Shown: positions 8,024 through 17,870, counted from the stretch's first letter. The stretch: 35,472 nt of DNA from Candidatus Woesearchaeota archaeon (GCA_046538795.1 JBKHIF010000005.1:1-35472), one strand, 5' to 3'. Program-made: numbers and translations. Notes: generated by a model from the letters alone, not told the origin.

Positions 8024-8511
8024 TGGATGGCAAAAAAATATCAGTGCTTTTTGTATGTACAGGGAACATATTCAGGAGCATGAGCGCCGAGCATATATTG
8101 AAGCACCTTGACAAGAACAATGATTTTATGGTTGCAAGTGCAGGAACAGATGCTGTTATCCAGAACATGAGTCCTTATGTTAGAGCTGAGCTTGAGAGTT
8201 TTGGTGTTGATCCTTCATCTCACAGCCAGACACAGCTTACAGAAAATGTTCTGAAACGCTATGATCTTGTTGTTGCCATGTCAACAGATCACAAGGATTT
8301 CATAAAAAGAAAATTTGGTGTTGATGTTTTGCTTTTCAATGAGATTGCGTTAGGAAAAAAAGAGGGTCTTCCTGACATATGGGAAGCTATACCTGATTAC
8401 CTTGAAAAACCGCGTGCAACTGAAGAATACATGAGACGTGTTGTCGATTATATATATGAAGCAATGCCTAAATTCATGAAAAATGCTTTTTCTTATGCGA
8501 AAAAAAGATAA
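8023..8511 (+). CDS. Low-molecular-weight protein-tyrosine phosphatase / ArsC-fold protein
   Basis: P-loop FVCTGNIFRS, SAGT and DLVVAM motifs. Confidence 0.9.
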   Translation: MDGKKISVLFVCTGNIFRSMSAEHILKHLDKNNDFMVASAGTDAVIQNMSPYVRAELESFGVDPSSHSQTQLTENVLKRYDLVVAMSTDHKDFIKRKFGVDVLLFNEIALGKKEGLPDIWEAIPDYLEKPRATEEYMRRVVDYIYEAMPKFMKNAFSYAKKR

Positions 8512-8520
8512 AAAAATTGT

Positions 8521-9453
8521 CTAGCTTAACACAGCAGATATTGTGTTTCCTGTAATAGAGTTTTCCGGATCTTCTGATCCACCTATATTTCCAAGCATTC
8601 CTGTGTAGTCTTTAGCTTCATCCATGCCTTCAGGCGCTTTTATTTCTGTATCTGCTTCTAGTTTAGCTATTTCTGATGATGCAGATGATAAGACTGTTAT
8701 CTTTACATCTCCCAAGGCTCTTATGCCCATGTTTTCAGTGGTAATTTCCATAATCATATCTGATTCGACTTTTTCTATTAGGAAATTCTCTTTTTTGATC
8801 CATATCGTAAAGGTATATGATTTTACATAATCTCCCCATTTAGAACTGTTTCCTGAATTAACCAGAATGTTTTCCATGAGTATTTCGCCAATGATATCAA
8901 GGTCAGGTTCTATCCTTGCAACATAGTATGATTTTTCTCCTATGGTCTCATCTTCAAGCAGTTCAATCTTACCGCTTTCAATAAGCTTTATGGTTTCATC
9001 AAGATCATCATACTGGTTCCAGATATCTTTTTCTGAAGTTGTTTTCATCCATGATCCAAATGTCTTTGTATACATGTCATTGCCTTTAACGTATATCTCA
9101 GAATCAAGGATGGTTTTTGATCCATTGCCTTTTGAATCCCGGCTGGTCTCCATGTTTATTTTTAAAATTTCATATTCTCGGTCTATCTGAGCATATATTT
9201 TCCTGCTGTATTCTGTGCTAAGGATGGAAGCAAGGTTTTTGGCTGACTGGATATTTGATTCATTCATCTCATTTTCATCAAATTCTGCATCTATTTGAGT
9301 ATCTGCGAACATGTCAAGAGAATATTTTTCAAGACCTCTGTTAGCTTCGATAAGCTTTTCTTTGATCTCTTGTTCAGAAAGAGGCTGGTCGCATCCAACT
9401 GCAATTATTAGCAAAGAAACAATGATTGATATTAAGATAATCTTTTGGGTCAT
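8521..9453 (-). CDS. Putative lipoprotein, LppX/LprAFG (LolA-like) fold
   Basis: Lipobox-type signal IIAVG-CDQ; IYVKGNDMYTKTFGSWMK and IWIKKENFL patterns; GGTGA RBS. Confidence 0.7.
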   Translation of the reverse strand: MTQKIILISIIVSLLIIAVGCDQPLSEQEIKEKLIEANRGLEKYSLDMFADTQIDAEFDENEMNESNIQSAKNLASILSTEYSRKIYAQIDREYEILKINMETSRDSKGNGSKTILDSEIYVKGNDMYTKTFGSWMKTTSEKDIWNQYDDLDETIKLIESGKIELLEDETIGEKSYYVARIEPDLDIIGEILMENILVNSGNSSKWGDYVKSYTFTIWIKKENFLIEKVESDMIMEITTENMGIRALGDVKITVLSSASSEIAKLEADTEIKAPEGMDEAKDYTGMLGNIGGSEDPENSITGNTISAVLS

Positions 9454-9615
9454 ATTATCACCTGACTAATTATGTTGAAAACCTGATATATAAATCTGAT
9501 GGAAAACAACAATTAAATAAAATAAGTTTGGTGATTTTAATTTTGCTCCAGAGGAGTACTCTTCGATCAGGTCGGGAAATAGCCATCGGTTTGATTTATT
9601 AATATATATTTTATA

Positions 9616-10314
9616 TTATATAGTGTCATTGTGATTCTTAAGAAAACATCTGCTGTAATCTTCTTTTTTTCGATAAAAATTCTTTGCATGCTCAACAATC
9701 AAGGCATGATATTCCTGAAATGTGACAAGGTCTTTTTCAAGATTGTCCTCAAAAAGTTTTCTTATCGTTTCATAATCATCTTTTGGATCTATTATTCCTA
9801 GATTTGTGAATATTCTTTTGGTATATGCATCAACAACAAAAACAGGTATCCTGAATGCATATAGAAGCATTGAATCTGCTGTTTCTGGACCTATTCCCCA
9901 AAGAGACAAAAGTTCTTCTCTTTTTGGAATCCTGTAATCAAGATCGATGAAATATTTTGAAAATATCTTTAGTTTTTTTGCTTTTTGATTGAAATAACCT
10001 GCAGGTCTTATGAGGTTTCCAAGTTCGCCTGCACTTATCTCGTCTATTTTTTTTGGATCTATAAGGCCTTTTTTTTCAAGATTTATAAGAGCTTTTTCTA
10101 CATTGGGCCAGGATGTGTTCTGAGTGAGTATTGCTCCTATGCAGATCTCATATTTCTGCCTGTTGTCTTTTGGAAAATCATAATCTTCTGGATGATATCC
10201 ATTTACATATCCTGTTTTTGTGGGGTTTTTTCCATCATGGCCTATAAGCGGCCACCATCCCTGAGGCTTGTATTCAGCAATCAGGCGTTCATATATGGTT
10301 TTTATAGTTTTCAT
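9616..10314 (-). CDS. HhH-GPD DNA glycosylase (endonuclease III-related)
   Basis: GAILTQNTSW, IRPAGYFNQKA, GIGPETADSMLLYA, VVDAYTKR and YHALIV motifs. Confidence 0.92.
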   Translation of the reverse strand: MKTIKTIYERLIAEYKPQGWWPLIGHDGKNPTKTGYVNGYHPEDYDFPKDNRQKYEICIGAILTQNTSWPNVEKALINLEKKGLIDPKKIDEISAGELGNLIRPAGYFNQKAKKLKIFSKYFIDLDYRIPKREELLSLWGIGPETADSMLLYAFRIPVFVVDAYTKRIFTNLGIIDPKDDYETIRKLFEDNLEKDLVTFQEYHALIVEHAKNFYRKKEDYSRCFLKNHNDTI

Positions 10315-10408
10315 CTTCTTGTTTTTATTTCTTTTTGCTACATTAGAAGAGTATAATCAAAACTTATTTAAATCATTCTTATCATAGAATATTCAAGAGA
10401 AAGAGTAA

Positions 10409-11323
10409 ATGATCGAGGTGATCTCTCTGGAAGTTTTGATATTTATCGGACTTATGCTTTTCATCATAGCAGCGATAGTTCTCCTTAAGGTGGTTAAGCA
10501 TCTGTTTGTTGCGATAATTTCTATTATAGGCCTGTTCCTTTTACTTCTTGCAGGAGTGGGATTTACTGTATATGATGATGTGACAGACATAAGAGAACAA
10601 ATCACAGAACAGCCAAGCATACTTGTTTTGCAGGAAGATGGAAATATCATAGCTGCGGTAGGAATTGATCCTGAAGCAGAAACTATTGAACAGGGACTGA
10701 TACCTCTTGGTGAAGATGATATAAATTTTATTGAAGAGACCAGAGAACGCGATGAATCTGCTCCGCTTACTGGTCTTAAAGAATTTTCTCCTGACATAGA
10801 AAAGGATGTTTTCAAGATAATAGAATTTGATATGGCTGTACTGGAAGATGCTCCGGTAGATGAGATGTCGGTTGAATTTGTTAATCTGCAAAGAGAAGAT
10901 GTGATTGCACTTATGAGAAGTGATGATCTTTATTCAGACATGGCTGGGATGGTTCTTGATGATCCTGAATTCATGGAGATGATACAAAGCCAGATTTCAC
11001 CTGATATGGATATTAATCTCGAAGATATTGAAAAGGACGAGTTTGAAGGCATACTTAAAGAATCCTTATCTGATTTTGGTTCAGGAGAGACTGAAATTAA
11101 AGGAGTGCTTTTTGTCATGTTTACTGCATACATGGTAAAAGAGGGCGGTTCAGAATCAATAGAATATATCTACAGTAATTTCAGAGAAAAAAATATCATA
11201 ATATATCCTGAAAGCATAACATTCAGCGTACTTAAGCTTGCGCCCAAAAGCATCATAGAACAGGTGATATCTCAGATAGAGGTAACAGAAGCAGAAGTTC
11301 CTTTGGATCAGGAAGGCCAATAA
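10409..11323 (+). CDS. Membrane-anchored acidic hypothetical protein
   Basis: Two N-terminal hydrophobic helices followed by an acidic soluble domain; 304-aa ORF. Confidence 0.8.
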   Translation: MIEVISLEVLIFIGLMLFIIAAIVLLKVVKHLFVAIISIIGLFLLLLAGVGFTVYDDVTDIREQITEQPSILVLQEDGNIIAAVGIDPEAETIEQGLIPLGEDDINFIEETRERDESAPLTGLKEFSPDIEKDVFKIIEFDMAVLEDAPVDEMSVEFVNLQREDVIALMRSDDLYSDMAGMVLDDPEFMEMIQSQISPDMDINLEDIEKDEFEGILKESLSDFGSGETEIKGVLFVMFTAYMVKEGGSESIEYIYSNFREKNIIIYPESITFSVLKLAPKSIIEQVISQIEVTEAEVPLDQEGQ

Positions 11324-11410
11324 ACAGATGATTATTTAAGCTCTTTACATATCATCAAAAAACAAATAAAATATATCATATAAATACATATCATATCATG
11401 TTTGCGCTCA

Positions 11411-14059
11411 ATGAATAATTCAAGTAAATCAAAGATTTTGATAATGATTTTTCTAGCTTTAGCTTTGTTTTCTTCTAGTCATGTTTTTGCTGCAGCAGGA
11501 GAAGAGCTGGTTTTTGATTCATGGTATTTTGAGTCTGAGTCTTTCTTTGCCAACAACAAGGAATTTACAGTTGATATAAGTTCAGACAAGGTCAATATTG
11601 ATTATGATGGCGGCTATTATCTTTTAGAATCCGGCGATTGCGAGATTAAAGATATAACAAAAATCTGCTTTGTATCAAAAGCTTATGATTCAGATGAAGA
11701 GAAAGACAAGGTCAATCTCATGGTATATACTGTTTTTCCTGTTATTTCCATAACAAGGACTTCTGACGATACGTCTCTTGCTGTTGGAGATGATGCTACT
11801 GTAACTATTAAAATCTCCAATACGGGACAGCTGTCTGCAGAAAATATTCTTTATGAAGAAATCGTTCCTGAAGAGGCTGAAGTGACTTCTTCAGATGACT
11901 TTGAGGTTTCAGGAAATTACATAAGTTATTCAGGGTCGCTGGAAAAGGATGATACTATCACATTAAGATATGATATCAAGGCTGTCGATACTGGCATAAT
12001 GAAATATAAAGGAAGCCTTCTTTATGATGATGGTTTTACCAGAAAGGAAAAATCTTCATCTTCATTAAGCATAACAATAGGAAGCCCTTTAACTGTCACT
12101 GCAACTACAAATTCCACGAGTTCTTATGTGGAAGAGCCAATCAAGCTTAACATTGTTATCAGAAATCCGAACGCGCAGGATGTTGACCTTAAAAATCTTG
12201 AAATCTTCTTTCCTGAAAACATGATAGTAACCATGCCTGATTCAAGGCTTGTGAAAATCGATGGAAAACGCTATTCATGGTCGGGATTGTTTGAAAAAGA
12301 TGATGAGATTGATCTTGAGATTGTGTTCAAGGGATCTTATGAGGGTAAACAGGACATAATAATACAGGGTGAGATGGAAAAAGATAGTGTAACTACTTAT
12401 CTTGAAGAGACAAAAAGAGTAAGCATTGCCAAACGAAAGATTGTGATGAAAACACTTGTAATTGACATGGACAATATCGATACATCTTCATCAGGAGTCT
12501 CTGCATCAAGTTCAGATGAAAAAGAACTTGAATCATTCAGAGAATACAGATTTCTTATTTATCTTGAAAATCCTTATGAACGAATAGACCTACGCAACAT
12601 CAATTTAACTATAGATTCAGATTTTATTGATACAGAAGGTTCATCATTAAGTCTTCTTGAGAAAAGCTCTTCTGTCAAGATAATAGATATGAATATAACT
12701 GCTCCTGCTGTAAAAGGCAAGAAAAAGCATACAGTTACCACAACAGTAGATTACAGTACACCCTATATGTCATATTCAGATGAATTTGAGGATGATTACT
12801 CCATTTCAGAGATAGAGAAGGTTTCTATCTCAAAAGATGTAAGCACTTCTAATATTGAAGAGGGCGATGAGATTACTGTTACAGTCAGCCTGAAAAATAA
12901 CCGGAATATAAAGCTTGAGGATATATCTGTAAGAGAACTTCTTCCTGAAGGGCTTAAGACAAAAGGAGCAACAGCAGTCATGATGGATCTTGAAGCAGAC
13001 CAGGAACTTAAGGCTTATGAATATACAGTTCAGTTTCCTTATGTTGGTGAAGATGTGAAATATTCGCTTGTGACTGAGGTTTTCTATATTGATCCTATAA
13101 GCAGCAGCCAAGTGATGGAATTTAACATATCTGAAGATAAGAAGGTTTCTGTTGATGAGAAAAAGCCAGATATTAATCTAAAGAAAGAGATCGATATCAA
13201 AGAGGCTGTAGCAGGAGAGATAATTCCTGTAAAATATACTCTTGAGAATGATGATACCAGAAGTTTCAGGAATATTCTTATTGAGTTTCCATATATTGAA
13301 GGAGCTTTGTATGTGGACAGTTATGAGTACAAAATCCTGAGTCTGGGAGAGGGTGATACGATAGTTATAGATGATGCTGAAAAAATTGTATTTCCAAGAA
13401 ACAGGTCGAAAAAATCAGTGTCTATTCCTGAAACCATCATCTATTTCGGAGATCTTTTCGGAAATGACTTTTCTGATGATTCAAACAAAGACAGCCTGGA
13501 CATTGTTTTTTCCTCAAATGACCTTCCTTTATTGAGTGTGGACAGAGAAGTTGCAGAAGAGACAAAACAAGATAGTATAACATCAAAAATCAAAATTCAT
13601 AATCAAGGAATGAGTGATGTTTCATTCAGGCTTTATGATTTTACTTCTGAAAACAATCAGAAAAATCAAATCACAGAAGATACAATAGCTCCGGGAGAGA
13701 TAAAGACTTATGAATCTATCATAGTGAGAGATGATTTTGGAGAAAAAGAAATAAGATCCGCGATTGCAGAGTTTGAGATTGTTCCAAGAACATATTATGC
13801 GCTTTCACCTAGATATACTGTTGAATTCATTGAGCAGGATAATGATCAATCCATTGAAGACAAACAGGATGATGAACCAGAGAATGATTCAGATGCAGAA
13901 TCCGAAGCGGGTACTGATAATAATGATAATTCAGAAACTGAGGATGATTCAGATGATGAGACTGAATCAGGAAGCGAAAATGATTTTTCAGGCGAGGCAA
14001 AAAAAGGGTTAATCAGGAGGCTTTTGGATTTCATAAGATCATTTTTCACTAAATCATGA
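11411..14059 (+). CDS. Large secreted multi-Ig (DUF11/BatD-like) surface protein
   Basis: Signal peptide ending VFA-A; repeated 'G-D-x-x-TVT-x-x-x-x-N' modules; acidic linker and amphipathic C-terminus LIRRLLDFIRSFF. ATG 11411 preferred to TTG 11402. Confidence 0.8.
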   Translation: MNNSSKSKILIMIFLALALFSSSHVFAAAGEELVFDSWYFESESFFANNKEFTVDISSDKVNIDYDGGYYLLESGDCEIKDITKICFVSKAYDSDEEKDKVNLMVYTVFPVISITRTSDDTSLAVGDDATVTIKISNTGQLSAENILYEEIVPEEAEVTSSDDFEVSGNYISYSGSLEKDDTITLRYDIKAVDTGIMKYKGSLLYDDGFTRKEKSSSSLSITIGSPLTVTATTNSTSSYVEEPIKLNIVIRNPNAQDVDLKNLEIFFPENMIVTMPDSRLVKIDGKRYSWSGLFEKDDEIDLEIVFKGSYEGKQDIIIQGEMEKDSVTTYLEETKRVSIAKRKIVMKTLVIDMDNIDTSSSGVSASSSDEKELESFREYRFLIYLENPYERIDLRNINLTIDSDFIDTEGSSLSLLEKSSSVKIIDMNITAPAVKGKKKHTVTTTVDYSTPYMSYSDEFEDDYSISEIEKVSISKDVSTSNIEEGDEITVTVSLKNNRNIKLEDISVRELLPEGLKTKGATAVMMDLEADQELKAYEYTVQFPYVGEDVKYSLVTEVFYIDPISSSQVMEFNISEDKKVSVDEKKPDINLKKEIDIKEAVAGEIIPVKYTLENDDTRSFRNILIEFPYIEGALYVDSYEYKILSLGEGDTIVIDDAEKIVFPRNRSKKSVSIPETIIYFGDLFGNDFSDDSNKDSLDIVFSSNDLPLLSVDREVAEETKQDSITSKIKIHNQGMSDVSFRLYDFTSENNQKNQITEDTIAPGEIKTYESIIVRDDFGEKEIRSAIAEFEIVPRTYYALSPRYTVEFIEQDNDQSIEDKQDDEPENDSDAESEAGTDNNDNSETEDDSDDETESGSENDFSGEAKKGLIRRLLDFIRSFFTKS

Positions 14060-14078
14060 AATTTGGCAAACATAAAAA

Positions 14079-16790
14079 ATGTCGGTTAAGAAAATATTTA
14101 CGGAACAGAAGATAACTGATTCCTACAGGATCAGGAAGGTTTTTAGACGATCATTTGTGCTTGTTGCATTTATTATCATGTCGATATTCTTTGCATCCTT
14201 TTCTTTAGCTGCAACAGTGAGGCAGTCCACGACAGAGTCTGTGCAGTCTGAATTCAAGCAGGGAGAACCAATCGACATAAGAGATAGAGAGACCATAAGG
14301 ATTTTTGATCAGCTTCTGCGGTTTTCCATACTTGCCTCAGGAGAAAAAGTGTATGTTCGGGATATGAATGCTGATGATTTTATCTCTCTTGAAAAAGGAG
14401 AATGCGATCTTATAGGAACTACAAGAGTCTGTCATGAATCTGGTTCAAAAGCGATGATTACTGCAAGGATATACACCATGGTTCCTGATGTTGAGATTGA
14501 GCAGTTTCTTTTGAAAGAAGAGATTATCGTAGGCGAAGAAAATCGCATGAGAATTGAGATCTCCAATGAAGGGCTTATGCCATGCAACAATTGTTCATAC
14601 AATGAGATTATTGATGAAGATATAGAGATCCTAAATGTCAGGGGTGCAGAGCTTGCAGGGGAAATGCTTGTATGGAACGGCACTATTAAAGGAGAATCTG
14701 TAAAAGATATAAGCTATGATTTCCGTGCGCTTGATTCAGGCGACTTTAATGCAACTGCAAATGTTGTTTATTTTAATTATTATGACTGGCTTGAGAACAC
14801 TGCTGTTGCCGAAGTAAAGGTTGATAGCTGGTTTGATATAAATACAAGCATATTTCCTGAGGAAATATATCTTGGGCATAAGTCTATTGCTGCATGGAAT
14901 ATAACAAATCTCAAGGAAGACAAGAAAAATATAAGCATAACTGAATTTATCCTTGAAATTCCTGAAACAATTACTCTTACCGATCTTCCCTCAGGAATAT
15001 TTGGCTATAATCTTGAAAAAACAGAATATCTTTGGGCAGGAAAGATCCCATATGGAAGAACAAAAGAATTCTGGGTTGAATATATACCTAACAAATTGTT
15101 TGAGGTAAAGATTCCCTATGAATTTTCATATATGGTTGAAGGGGGAAATGAATCTTTCAAGGTTAAACGCGAGATTATTATTCCTGTAAAAAACAGGGAT
15201 GTAAAAATATCTACAGATATAAATTCAAGTTCAATATATAATGCAAGCAAAAAGCACAGCTTTTTTGTGGATATAAAAAATCATGATTCAGAAATCGGCT
15301 TTTCAGATGTTGTGCTTAGGGTTTATAATGAACATTTTGATCAGGAGTTTGATTTGGGGAATCTTGAAAAGAGCGGAGCAAAAAGATCAGAGGTAAAAAT
15401 TGATCTTCCTACAATAACCGGTACAAGGGAGTTTCCTGTAAATATCCTGATTGAGTATTCTTCTCCCACAGGAGACAGGTTCAATGCAACTCATGAAACA
15501 AAATTTAATATTATGCCTTTTGATGAGATCTCTCTTTGGCATAATTTTTCTCTAATTAACAAAAGCAGGGAATGGAATCTCTATGATGTGAAAATTTATG
15601 CTAAAAATCATGCAGATATAGAAATATATAATATGACACTAAATGAGATGCTTTCTGAAGAACTTTTTGTTAAGGGGATGACTGAACTTGAAAAAATTTC
15701 TTTTAAGCCTGGCGAAGAAAAGGAAATACATTCATATACGCTTAATGTTCCTGTTGAAAACAGAAGTTTGTCATACATACATGATATATCAAGCGTCATA
15801 TCCTATTATGCGCAAGGAACTCTGAGAGAAACTGATTTTTCAGAAGAGCTTGAAATCAAGCCTGATTATAGCTTTTCATCTGAAAAGTCAGGTATTGTCG
15901 ACGCAGCAAGAAATTTTTCAACATTTCCAATGATACTTCTTTTTGTTGTTTCTGTTGTCCTTATAAGTGGAAGCGTGGTTCTTTACAGGAAAAAGATGGA
16001 GTTTGGTATTCCGGGAATTAACTCTATAAAGGTACAGGAAAAAAATATAGAGAAAAAGAAAAAGAATATTGAACAACAGGAAGAAGAGGTACGAAAAGAA
16101 CAGTCAAAGATAGACTATAAGATCCATGTCTTAAAAGATTTCCTTGATAAGACCAAGACTGATATCAGAAAGAAGATGCCTGTATCAGAAGAGAGAAAAA
16201 ATCTTCTTGAAAGAAGGAAAGATGATTTCCTCAGGCAGAAAAAAGAGATCGATGATAAGATAAAAGCTCTCCAGGAAGAAGAGGCAAAACTTATGGAAAA
16301 ATATAATCAGCTTGAGGCTGAGAAAAATTCCATACAGTCAGAAGAGGATGCTCTTAATAACAAGTATGCTAAGATGAAAGATAGGCTGATTCAGCTAAAA
16401 ACTGATTTTGACAAGATGCTCAACAAAGAGAATATACTTGAGAAGGCAAAGACAGAACTTAATAATGAGCAGCTTGAGCTTATGAAAAGAAAAGATAAGC
16501 TTCTTGATTATGGAAGCGTGCGTATCGTAAACGAGAAGGAAGATGTTGTGAATGAGAAGATTGAACTTGAACATGAGAAAAACAAGATCGAAGAAGAAAT
16601 AAGCTCGCTTAAAGCAAAGAAAAACAAAATCATGGAAGAGCAGGATAATATCAAGAAACAAAAATCAGAATTAAAGAGCGAAATGAACCTATTTGATGTG
16701 GACAAGGAGACTGTCGAGAAATCAATATCATTCCTTAAGAAAGAAAATGAAAAACTAAAAGACATACTTAATGACATTTCATTCAGATAG
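14079..16790 (+). CDS. Multi-Ig surface protein with one TM helix and a long C-terminal K/E-rich coiled coil
   Basis: Signal peptide ending SLA-A; Ig-like modules similar to the upstream gene; many N-x-S/T sites; TM FPMILLFVVSVVLISGSVVLY; about 250 aa of heptad-rich tail. Confidence 0.8.
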   Translation: MSVKKIFTEQKITDSYRIRKVFRRSFVLVAFIIMSIFFASFSLAATVRQSTTESVQSEFKQGEPIDIRDRETIRIFDQLLRFSILASGEKVYVRDMNADDFISLEKGECDLIGTTRVCHESGSKAMITARIYTMVPDVEIEQFLLKEEIIVGEENRMRIEISNEGLMPCNNCSYNEIIDEDIEILNVRGAELAGEMLVWNGTIKGESVKDISYDFRALDSGDFNATANVVYFNYYDWLENTAVAEVKVDSWFDINTSIFPEEIYLGHKSIAAWNITNLKEDKKNISITEFILEIPETITLTDLPSGIFGYNLEKTEYLWAGKIPYGRTKEFWVEYIPNKLFEVKIPYEFSYMVEGGNESFKVKREIIIPVKNRDVKISTDINSSSIYNASKKHSFFVDIKNHDSEIGFSDVVLRVYNEHFDQEFDLGNLEKSGAKRSEVKIDLPTITGTREFPVNILIEYSSPTGDRFNATHETKFNIMPFDEISLWHNFSLINKSREWNLYDVKIYAKNHADIEIYNMTLNEMLSEELFVKGMTELEKISFKPGEEKEIHSYTLNVPVENRSLSYIHDISSVISYYAQGTLRETDFSEELEIKPDYSFSSEKSGIVDAARNFSTFPMILLFVVSVVLISGSVVLYRKKMEFGIPGINSIKVQEKNIEKKKKNIEQQEEEVRKEQSKIDYKIHVLKDFLDKTKTDIRKKMPVSEERKNLLERRKDDFLRQKKEIDDKIKALQEEEAKLMEKYNQLEAEKNSIQSEEDALNNKYAKMKDRLIQLKTDFDKMLNKENILEKAKTELNNEQLELMKRKDKLLDYGSVRIVNEKEDVVNEKIELEHEKNKIEEEISSLKAKKNKIMEEQDNIKKQKSELKSEMNLFDVDKETVEKSISFLKKENEKLKDILNDISFR

Positions 16791-16816
16791 CTAAAAAGAT
16801 AAAATAAAGAGGTACA

Positions 16817-17353
16817 ATGGGATTATTCGGGTTTGGAAAAAAGAAAGAGAAAAAAGATCCTTTAGGAGGATTTGGTTCATCTGGGTCAGGTTCTTTGTTT
16901 GGTTCAGATTCTGACAGGAATCCTTTTCGCGATCCTCCGCAAAGGCAGCAGCAGTCTTCATTTTCTCAACAGGGAAATGGCGGGAATGGATTTCAGGACG
17001 CTCAAAACTCTCAGGGAAACAACATGTTTTCACAGGGTAATTATGACAGTTCTTTTGGCAGCAATAATAATTCATTTCAGAGTGGATTCTCAGGATCGGG
17101 CTCTGATTATGAAGGTAATTCGATGACGCCAGGTTCTTATGGGACAGACATGCAGGGATATGATCAAAATTACCAACAGCAGGGAATGTCTTCGTCTCAA
17201 GGGCAGCCTGACATGGTCATGCTTAACAAGAATGTTGAAATTATGATGTCAAAGCTTGATGCAATAAGGACAGCAATAGAAAATATCGAACACAGGATAG
17301 ATAATCTTGAGAATTCGATGGGTGCTAAAAAGTCTAATGATTACAGGTGGTAA
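16817..17353 (+). CDS. F/G/S/Q/N-rich low-complexity protein with C-terminal coiled coil
   Basis: GAGGT RBS; MGLFGFGKKK start; VEIMMSKLDAIRTAIENIEHRIDNLE heptads. Confidence 0.8.
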   Translation: MGLFGFGKKKEKKDPLGGFGSSGSGSLFGSDSDRNPFRDPPQRQQQSSFSQQGNGGNGFQDAQNSQGNNMFSQGNYDSSFGSNNNSFQSGFSGSGSDYEGNSMTPGSYGTDMQGYDQNYQQQGMSSSQGQPDMVMLNKNVEIMMSKLDAIRTAIENIEHRIDNLENSMGAKKSNDYRW

Positions 17354-17354
17354 G

Positions 17355-17870
17355 ATGACACATTTCAATCTTAAAAACCTGAAACGCGACAGAGACATTC
17401 ATGGTTTCATGGAAAAACATGGTCTGTTTATATTAATCTCAGCAATTGTTGTCATCCTGGATCAGGCATCAAAAGCTTTTTTCTATTCTGTTGGAAGCTT
17501 TGATGTATTGCCTTTTTTCAGTATCACTGTGCTTGGAAACACAGGAGCAAGCTTTGGTATCCTGAAAGGCAATGCTCTTCTTCTCGCAGGGATTTCTTTT
17601 ATTGTACTTTTTATTATTTTGTATCTTAGGAAAAATATTGAAGATTGCCGGGGTGAAATTCCTCTTGCATTGATCTTTGGCGGAACCTTTGGAAATTTCA
17701 TAGACCGTCTCTTAAGAGGCGAAGTCATAGATTTTCTTCATTTTCATTATGCCAATTTTTCATTTCCTTCTTTTAATGTTGCAGATTCCTGCGTAGTTAT
17801 AGGAGTTATTATACTTGTCATTCTCTCTTTTTCAGAAAATATGAAAAATGATCCTATTCATCATAGATGA
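17355..17870 (+). CDS. lspA: Lipoprotein signal peptidase (signal peptidase II)
   Basis: LDQASK, NTGASFGIL, GGTFGNFIDR, VIDF and FNVADS motifs with both catalytic Asp; AGGTGG RBS before ATG 17355. Confidence 0.93.
   Translation: MTHFNLKNLKRDRDIHGFMEKHGLFILISAIVVILDQASKAFFYSVGSFDVLPFFSITVLGNTGASFGILKGNALLLAGISFIVLFIILYLRKNIEDCRGEIPLALIFGGTFGNFIDRLLRGEVIDFLHFHYANFSFPSFNVADSCVVIGVIILVILSFSENMKNDPIHHR

Noticed and set aside
8023..8511. Arsenate reductase call for the LMW-PTP-fold protein
   Set aside because: It has only the P-loop Cys; the resolving Cys pair of thioredoxin-coupled ArsC is absent, and no ars genes are adjacent.
16020..16790. SMC/Rad50 or chemoreceptor call for the long coiled coil
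   Set aside because: No Walker motifs, zinc hook or MCP hairpin signature; it is the tail of a TM surface protein.
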